Shown: piece by piece, positions 34,329 through 40,243 of the stretch
How the letters are laid out: every line of letters starts with the position of its first letter
Numbering within the stretch: position 1 is the stretch's first letter
Assembly (NCBI GenBank): GCA_043744555.1
Contig: JAYTUL010000001.1
Coordinates: forward strand, 1-40,243
Origin: a bacterium
Lineage (GTDB): Bacteria > Patescibacteriota > Minisyncoccia > Phycocordibacterales > UBA6899
Length of the DNA: 40,243 bases
Direction: 5' to 3'
The notes under the pieces: model-generated
What the model was told of the DNA's origin: nothing
What the model saw: the letters and a program-made list of their open reading frames with translations, nothing else
Databases searched by the model: none
Made by a program: the position numbers and the translations under genes

Positions 34329-35080
34329 AAACGCGATTAATACCAACACTACTGCTCAAGGATGGTCGTATGATCAAAACAAAACAGTTTGATGAGTATC
34401 AAGATGTTGGCAATCCGCGAACAGTTGCTAAAGTCTACGATGCGCAGAGAGCCGATGAGCTCATATTTTTAGATATTACTGCGACCACAGAAAATAGACA
34501 CTTTCTTGCGGATACAGTCACAGCTGTTGCGGAAGAGTGTTTTATGCCTCTAACGGCAGGGGGAGGGATAAGAACAGTGGCTGATGCACGAGAATTGCTT
34601 CAGAGGGGTGCAGATAAGATCGCGATTAATACGGCAGCGATAAAAGACCCCCAGTTCATAACAGAATTAGCCAAGAAGTTCGGACGCTCAACGGTCATTG
34701 TTTCAATTGATTATAAAAAAAATACTCTCGGGGAAAATGAAGTATTTGTTGAACGTGGACAGAAATCGACTGGGCGAGATCCAATCGAATGGGCAAAAGA
34801 AGTCGAGCGAATGGGAGCAGGCGAGATTTTGCTCACTTCTATTGAGCGTGAAGGCATGATGGTTGGGTATGATCTTGAGCTAATAAGAAAAGTTTCAGAC
34901 AGTGTCAATATACCAGTCATCGCTTCAGGAGGAGTAGGTTCAATTGACGACTTTGTAAGAGGAATACACGAAGGACATGCCACAGCCGTTGCTGCAGCGA
35001 GTATATTTCATTTTACCGATCAAAGCATTTTTAAGGTACATTCGCATATGAGAGAAGCTGGCTTGTCTGTAAGGCGTTAG
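34322..35080 (+). CDS. Cyclase-like subunit, HisF paralog (WbuZ-like)
   Basis: From the ATG at 34322 (the track start 34310 is a TTG): [77 protein letters not shown]. Confidence 0.9.
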   Translation: MLKTRLIPTLLLKDGRMIKTKQFDEYQDVGNPRTVAKVYDAQRADELIFLDITATTENRHFLADTVTAVAEECFMPLTAGGGIRTVADARELLQRGADKIAINTAAIKDPQFITELAKKFGRSTVIVSIDYKKNTLGENEVFVERGQKSTGRDPIEWAKEVERMGAGEILLTSIEREGMMVGYDLELIRKVSDSVNIPVIASGGVGSIDDFVRGIHEGHATAVAAASIFHFTDQSIFKVHSHMREAGLSVRR

Positions 35081-35219
35081 ATATTAAAAACCATATAACA
35101 CCGCTGTACAGGGCAGTTGATTATTGTTAGACTTCGATTTAAGCTGCACACTTATGTGCGCGAACTTTGTAACAAAATGCAACTATTGTATATAAATCAG
35201 TGTTCAATAATATATACCT

Positions 35220-36284
35220 ATGACTAATTCTCAGCCTCTTATTAATGTACTGGTTACTGGTGGTTGCGGTTTTATCGGATCCAATTTTATTCGACAACTT
35301 TATCATACTCACCCGAATTATCGCATTTATAATTTGGATGCTCTTACCTATGCGGGCAATTCAGAAAATCTTACTGATATTGAAAAGCTTGAAGTGGGTC
35401 GAAATGAAAACGAACGTCGCTATGTCTTCGTTCGCGGCGATGTCGCCGACAGAGAACTATTAAGGGTGCTTTTTGAGGAGCATGGATTTACATATATTTT
35501 TCATTTTGCTGCGGAAACGCACGTTGATCGCTCTTATTCTAATCTCGTAGATTTTATACGCACAAATGTTGATGGCACTATTATGCTCGCAACTATGGCT
35601 ATGAAATTTGGCGGTAAAATGGTGCATATATCGACAGATGAAGTTTACGGTTCTATTCCAGAAGAAGTAGGATTCGTAGATGAAGATGCTGCATTTCATC
35701 CCTCAAACCCATATGCAAGTTCAAAAGCAGCAGCAGATATGCTTCTTCAGTCATTTATGCGAACTTACAATGCCCCGATCAATATTGTTCGCGCAACAAA
35801 TAATTATGGTTGTTTTCAGTACCCAGAGAAACTCCTTCCGCTCGCAATGACAAATTTGTTAGAAGATGTGCAAATACCTATACATGGCGCCGGAACTCAC
35901 TTGCGACAATGGATACACGTCGAAGATTTTGCCCGAGCAATTGATCTTGTATCTCTAAATGCCCCAACAGGAGCAATTTATAATGTAGCTGGTGAGCATG
36001 CTTCGAATCTCGAAGCGTTATCAATAATTGCAACTTATCTTGGAAAAAATATTGATGAATATAAATACCACACTCCCGATAGACCGGGTGCAGATTATCG
36101 TTATGCCATTGATTCGTCAAAACTTGAAAGAGAACTTGGATGGAAAAGGCAACATGATTTTCGCTTGAGCATCCTCTCTGTTGTCGATTGGTATATCGCC
36201 AATCGTCCTTGGTGGGAAAAGATCAGAATGAAAAAAGAATTTACTGATAATTACAAGAAACAGTCGCAAGCAAAATACAGTTGA
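35220..36284 (+). CDS. rfbB: dTDP-glucose 4,6-dehydratase (second copy, divergent paralog)
   Basis: VLVTGGCGFIGSNF, HFAAETHVDRS, ISTDEVYG, YASSKAAADMLLQSF, TNNYGCFQYPEKLLPL, HLRQWIHVEDF. Confidence 0.85.
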   Translation: MTNSQPLINVLVTGGCGFIGSNFIRQLYHTHPNYRIYNLDALTYAGNSENLTDIEKLEVGRNENERRYVFVRGDVADRELLRVLFEEHGFTYIFHFAAETHVDRSYSNLVDFIRTNVDGTIMLATMAMKFGGKMVHISTDEVYGSIPEEVGFVDEDAAFHPSNPYASSKAAADMLLQSFMRTYNAPINIVRATNNYGCFQYPEKLLPLAMTNLLEDVQIPIHGAGTHLRQWIHVEDFARAIDLVSLNAPTGAIYNVAGEHASNLEALSIIATYLGKNIDEYKYHTPDRPGADYRYAIDSSKLERELGWKRQHDFRLSILSVVDWYIANRPWWEKIRMKKEFTDNYKKQSQAKYS

Positions 36285-36420
36285 TAGATGTTTGATCGGT
36301 ATTATAAAAACGATTCTACTCGGGATTGATAGAACAACTCGTATGGTAAGGGAATTTTAATCCTTATCAAAGTTAAAGTAGCAAGCTCAGATCTCAGTTA
36401 TCAATGAAACATGAAATAAT

Positions 36421-36451
36421 TCTTGGTAGCAATTGTCTATTGCAATCAAGA
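36421..36451. terminator. Imperfect hairpin, probable terminator for the minus-strand SDR gene and possibly bidirectional
   Basis: tcttggtagcaat tgtct attgcaatcaaga forms 13 positions with one mismatch and one G-U. It is followed on minus by ttatttcat and on plus by attgttttt. It lies 8 nt from the stop at 36459. Confidence 0.45.
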
Positions 36452-36458
36452 ATTGTTT

Positions 36459-37388
36459 TTACTGAGAGTTTTTTTTGTACCAGGCGATTGTCTTCTGTAG
36501 CCCCTCTCTAAGCCCAGTCTTTGGTTGCCAGTCGAGTAAATTCTTTGCTTTCATGTTATTGGATTGCCAAAGGTCACCATCATATGCAAGACCCTTCTCA
36601 GAACCCCAAGAGATAGCACTTGTTGAGTCGCATAGTTTTAATGCATCCTTCCCTAATTCTTTTAGAGTTGTACCTTTGCCGCTTCCGATATTTATAATTT
36701 CGCCGCTTAATTGATCTGCACGATCCCCTGCTTTTATAAATGCCTCGGCGATATCGCTCACATATGTGAAGTCACGAGTAACAAGAGGAGAAGAAAGAGA
36801 GATTGGTTGATTTAAGAGTGCATGCTCAACAATAACGTGCATTAAGCGTCCTTTCGGTATTTCTGGTCCGTATGGGGTAAATAGACGAAGCGTTACCACT
36901 GGAGCACCCCTACCTCCTTCCTGCTCACATAAAAGCGTTGCAGTAAGCTTAGTGATGCTATATGAATCTTGCGGACCAAGTGGAGCATGTTCATCGACCG
37001 GAGTAGCACTAGACGCATACTCAGTGAAAGATCCCGTATTCACCATTGGAACGTTTTCTGATTTTGCATACCTGACGAGTGCCATAGTTGCAATGACGTT
37101 AGTCGCCAGTAGTTCTTGAATAGCAGGCTCGTCTCCTCGTCTGTGAATACACGCAGCAAGATGATAAATGCGGTCGGGGCGAACTGACAGAAGCAATTCT
37201 TCCAGTTTGGGAATGTTGCTTATATCGATATTGTGAAAGATAGGTTTATTAAGAACTTCCGACAATATAACTGGAATTTTATCGTATCGACTGGTGAGAT
37301 GTACCTCGTTGTTACCCTGCGCTAGAAGCATTAATGCTAAATGGCTACCAATGAAACCTGTACCACCTGTTATTAGGATGCGGGACAT
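36459..37388 (-). CDS. NAD-dependent epimerase/dehydratase family protein (extended SDR); paralog of 3657..4613
   Basis: ILITGGTGFIGSHL, VNTGSFTEY, YSITKLTATLL (YxxxK), VVTLRLFTPYGP, TRDFTYVSDIAE, LSGEIINIGSG. The same motif series occurs in the 3657 gene. Confidence 0.85.
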   Translation of the reverse strand: MSRILITGGTGFIGSHLALMLLAQGNNEVHLTSRYDKIPVILSEVLNKPIFHNIDISNIPKLEELLLSVRPDRIYHLAACIHRRGDEPAIQELLATNVIATMALVRYAKSENVPMVNTGSFTEYASSATPVDEHAPLGPQDSYSITKLTATLLCEQEGGRGAPVVTLRLFTPYGPEIPKGRLMHVIVEHALLNQPISLSSPLVTRDFTYVSDIAEAFIKAGDRADQLSGEIINIGSGKGTTLKELGKDALKLCDSTSAISWGSEKGLAYDGDLWQSNNMKAKNLLDWQPKTGLREGLQKTIAWYKKNSQ

Positions 37389-37528
37389 AAAATAATTATA
37401 TGATTTTTACCCCTCGCTTGCAACTTGTCGACTTGTATCGCAAGGTTCTATGTTGTATCGTATTTTAAATGGTTGCTACATATAAACTCGAGAGAAGGTT
37501 ATCATGGTCATAATAAGTTAGATTTACC

Positions 37529-38638
37529 ATGAAACATATACCTTACGGACATCAGAACATTGATACAAATGACATTGAAAGTGTCGTCACAACTCTACAC
37601 TCCGAGTGGCTTACTCAAGGACCGAAAATAAAAGAGTTTGAAAACGCTCTCGCTAAAGCTACGGGGGCAAAGTATGCGGTACTTGTTTCAAACGGCACTG
37701 CGGCGCTCCACCTCGCGTATCTTGTCGCGGGAATCGGCAAGGGGGATGAGGTGATCACTACACCGAACACATTCGTAGCGACAACGAACATGCTTCTTGA
37801 GGTTGGTGCGAAACCGGTGTTTTGCGACATACGAGAAGATACCTACAACATAGATGAAACCAAGATTGAGAAGTTAATCACAAAAAAGACTAAGGCCATC
37901 GTACCCGTACATTTCGCCGGAAACCCAGCTTCAATGGATAAGATTTATGCTCTAGCTAAAAAACATAAACTTTTGGTTATCGAAGACGGCGCACAGGCGC
38001 TCGGGGCTTTTTATGGAAAAAAGAGAACAGGCGGAGACCGCGGTGATATGGTGACGTTTAGTTTTCATCCAGTCAAATCAATTACGACAGGGGAGGGTGG
38101 AGCAATTGTCACTAATAATAAAAAATACTACGAACATCTTCTTTTGTTGCGCAGCCATGGCGTCACCAAGGACAGGAATGGATTTCATACTATGGCTGAA
38201 CGGGGATACAATTATCGACTATCTGATATTAACGCTGCACTTGGACTTTCTCAAATTGCGCGTCTTGATCAATTTATAGAAAAGCGAAGACAAGTGGTGG
38301 GGTGGTATCGAGAAGCACTTAAAGGCGTTGAAGACATAATTCTTCCCGAAGAGACCGAAGGGGCAACGAGCGCACACCATCTCTATGTCATACGCACTCG
38401 ATCAGCCAAAAAACGCATCCCCCTCTATAATTATTTACGCAAAAATGGTATTGGCACAATGTTCCACTACACCCCTGTCTACAGTCATCCTTATTATAGA
38501 AAGAATGGGTACGCGAAAATTCACTTTCCAGTGACAGACATGTACCACAAAACGGCCTTCTCTATCCCACTTTTTGTAGATTTATCACAGGCAGATGTCA
38601 AATATATTGCTGGGATAATCAAAAAATTCTTCGTTTAA
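37529..38638 (+). CDS. DegT-family aminotransferase, PseC-like (UDP-4-keto-6-deoxy-sugar 4-aminotransferase type)
   Basis: MKHIPYGHQNIDTNDIESVVTTLHSEWLTQGPKIKEFE is a typical PseC-type N-terminus. TFSFHPVKSITTGEGGAIVTN carries the PLP lysine. GYNYRLSDINAALGLSQ. Confidence 0.85.
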   Translation: MKHIPYGHQNIDTNDIESVVTTLHSEWLTQGPKIKEFENALAKATGAKYAVLVSNGTAALHLAYLVAGIGKGDEVITTPNTFVATTNMLLEVGAKPVFCDIREDTYNIDETKIEKLITKKTKAIVPVHFAGNPASMDKIYALAKKHKLLVIEDGAQALGAFYGKKRTGGDRGDMVTFSFHPVKSITTGEGGAIVTNNKKYYEHLLLLRSHGVTKDRNGFHTMAERGYNYRLSDINAALGLSQIARLDQFIEKRRQVVGWYREALKGVEDIILPEETEGATSAHHLYVIRTRSAKKRIPLYNYLRKNGIGTMFHYTPVYSHPYYRKNGYAKIHFPVTDMYHKTAFSIPLFVDLSQADVKYIAGIIKKFFV

Positions 38639-38645
38639 TGGCATT

Positions 38646-39674
38646 ATGAAAAATAAAGAGACTCGTCATTTGTCCGTAAATAAAAATACTCCAATTCTTG
38701 TGATTGGATTTGGATCTATTGGACAGCGTCACTTCCGTAATCTTAAGCTATTAGGATATAAGGATATTGGAGTGAATGATGTCAACCCGAAAAAACTGGT
38801 AAATGTTGATGCTGAGTTCGTGCCCAAGTTAACTGATAAGGTTTTTTGTCGCTTCCCGGTTGTGTTTGTTTGTAATCCGTCTGATTTACATATGACAACA
38901 GCCTTAAGGGCAGCAAAAATGGGCTGTCATCTCTTCATCGAAAAGCCACTGGCACTTGAGATGCGTTTGATCAAGAAGTTTGATGCTTTTATAAAAAAAA
39001 ATAAGCTTCACGTTATGATCGGCTGTAATTACCGCTTTAATGAAGGCTTTAAATTACTACAAAAAAAATTACAACAAAAAATATTAGGAAAGCCGCTCTG
39101 GGTTAATGTTGCTGTAGGTTATGATCTGCGCACTGCACGTCCTGGTACTTCATATAAACAGACTTATGCCGCATCGCTTGCTCAGGGTGGAGGTGTGCTT
39201 ATTGATTCGGGTGCGCATGTCATTGACTACCTGCTTTCATTATTTGGAGAACCGAGTGTTGCGTATGTAAATCGTAAAAACCTTTTACTAGACATGGATG
39301 CTGAAGATTTTGCTGTTATTGAATTAGAGCTTCCCAACAATGTGTTTGCTATGATCGAGCTTGATTACTTTAGTAACCCACCTCATAATTTCATTGAAAT
39401 CAGGTGTGAAAAAGGATTAATTCGTTGGGATGTCGTAAAGAGTGAGGTTGTGTGGATAACCTCACATGGTACAAAAAAGGTAAAAAAATTATATCATGGA
39501 ATGGATGCGACTTTGAGGCGCAACGATATGTTCATTAAGGAAGTTATATATTTTATGGAAGTTCTAAGTGGTAAAAAATCCCCCGTGTCTGACCTGTCTC
39601 ATGCCCGTAAGGTCGTGGATATATTGAGCAAACTTTCATCATCGGCAAAATATCATAAACTTAATAAAATATAA
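38646..39674 (+). CDS. Gfo/Idh/MocA-family oxidoreductase (second copy)
   Basis: ILVIGFGSIGQRH, VFVCNPSDLHMTTAL, LFIEKPLA, IGCNYRFN. Confidence 0.8.
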   Translation: MKNKETRHLSVNKNTPILVIGFGSIGQRHFRNLKLLGYKDIGVNDVNPKKLVNVDAEFVPKLTDKVFCRFPVVFVCNPSDLHMTTALRAAKMGCHLFIEKPLALEMRLIKKFDAFIKKNKLHVMIGCNYRFNEGFKLLQKKLQQKILGKPLWVNVAVGYDLRTARPGTSYKQTYAASLAQGGGVLIDSGAHVIDYLLSLFGEPSVAYVNRKNLLLDMDAEDFAVIELELPNNVFAMIELDYFSNPPHNFIEIRCEKGLIRWDVVKSEVVWITSHGTKKVKKLYHGMDATLRRNDMFIKEVIYFMEVLSGKKSPVSDLSHARKVVDILSKLSSSAKYHKLNKI

Positions 39675-39688
39675 TAATTTATAAAAAA

Positions 39689-40243
39689 ATGAAAAAACCA
39701 TCGGTACTTAAATCACAAAAGCTATGGAATGAAGCAAAGAAACTTATCCCCGGAGGTTCACAGCTCTTAAGTAAGCGCGCGGAAATGTTGCTTCCAGAAC
39801 AATGGCCAGCTTATTTTTCAAGATCAAAAGGTGTCGAGGTGATCGATCTTGATGGCAATAAATTTATTGATATGGAGCGCATGTCTGTTGGCGCATGCAC
39901 ACTCGGCTATACCGACCCAGATGTAAACAGAGCGGTAAAGAGAGTTATTGATCAGGGGACTATGACAACCCTCAATGCCCCTGAAGAAGTAGAGCTTGCA
40001 AAGTTACTTATCAAAATCCATCCTTGGGCTAATATGGTGCGTTATGCTCGAACCGGAGGGGAAGCGATGTCTGTGGCAATACGTATTGCCCGAGCGCATT
40101 CAGGTAAAGACAAAGTCGCCTTTTGTGGCTATCATGGCTGGCACGATTGGTATCTTTCAACGAACATTGCTTCAAAAAAAAATCTCGACGATATCCACCT
40201 CCCAGGACTTTCACCAAAAGGAATTCCAAAAGGATTAGCCGGT
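39689..40243 (+). CDS. Class-III (glutamate-1-semialdehyde aminomutase-like) PLP aminotransferase, 3'-truncated by the window end
   Basis: Not in the ORF track because it has no stop codon. ATG at 39689, open for 185 codons to the last base: MKKPSVLKSQKLWNEAKKLIPGGSQLLSKRA...VIDLDGNKFIDM...YARTGGEAMSVAIRIARAHSGKDKVAFCGYHGWHDWY. Confidence 0.8.
   Translation, partial: MKKPSVLKSQKLWNEAKKLIPGGSQLLSKRAEMLLPEQWPAYFSRSKGVEVIDLDGNKFIDMERMSVGACTLGYTDPDVNRAVKRVIDQGTMTTLNAPEEVELAKLLIKIHPWANMVRYARTGGEAMSVAIRIARAHSGKDKVAFCGYHGWHDWYLSTNIASKKNLDDIHLPGLSPKGIPKGLAG

Noticed and set aside
1-40243. CRISPR arrays, IS elements or transposases, integrases, tRNA/rRNA genes, toxin-antitoxin or restriction/defence genes
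   Set aside because: I scanned the ORF translations and intergenic regions and found no repeat-spacer periodicity, no DDE/tyrosine-recombinase-like ORFs, no tRNA-like GC-rich cloverleaf segments and no long direct repeats.

Overview
This is a dense, almost fully coding 40-kb stretch of about 44 genes. It uses the standard genetic code: TGA, TAA and TAG all act as stops. Many gene junctions overlap by 4-17 nt. I found no rRNA, tRNA, CRISPR array, transposase or integrase. Nearly every gene belongs to nucleotide-sugar or surface-glycan biosynthesis, so the window reads as one large mosaic glycan super-locus. The host is probably an uncultivated bacterium; a Patescibacteria/CPR-like origin is only a low-confidence guess.

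Modules, in order:
(1) A GT-C-like polytopic membrane protein, a decayed TylF-like methyltransferase, and a Nudix-like/SemiSWEET operon on the minus strand.
(2) An NDP-hexose operon: SDR, split transketolase, sugar-1-P nucleotidyltransferase and dTDP-glucose 4,6-dehydratase. It converges on a GtrB/ArnC-like GT2.
(3) Three tandem SAM methyltransferases, a second GT-C-like paralog and a second Nudix-like gene.
(4) A UGDH-like::methyltransferase fusion, an SDR, then a convergent aminotransferase and sugar C-methyltransferase, an LbH acetyltransferase and a GT4.
(5) A Wzx-type flippase and a KpsS/KpsC-like protein.
(6) A 12-gene same-strand operon (24427-35080): cytidylyltransferase, Gfo/Idh/MocA oxidoreductase, DegT aminotransferase, unknown protein, methyltransferase, a SucC-like/SucD-like/short citrate-synthase-like trio, GNAT, and a PP-loop amidotransferase with HisH and HisF paralogs (acetamidino formation).
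(7) A second 4,6-dehydratase, an SDR, a PseC-like aminotransferase, an oxidoreductase and a truncated class-III aminotransferase.

The most unusual element is the ATP-citrate-lyase-like (citryl-CoA synthetase plus lyase) trio inside the sugar-modification operon. All functional calls come from motif recognition by eye; no database search was possible. Several start codons are ambiguous, because the ORF track also uses TTG/GTG starts.
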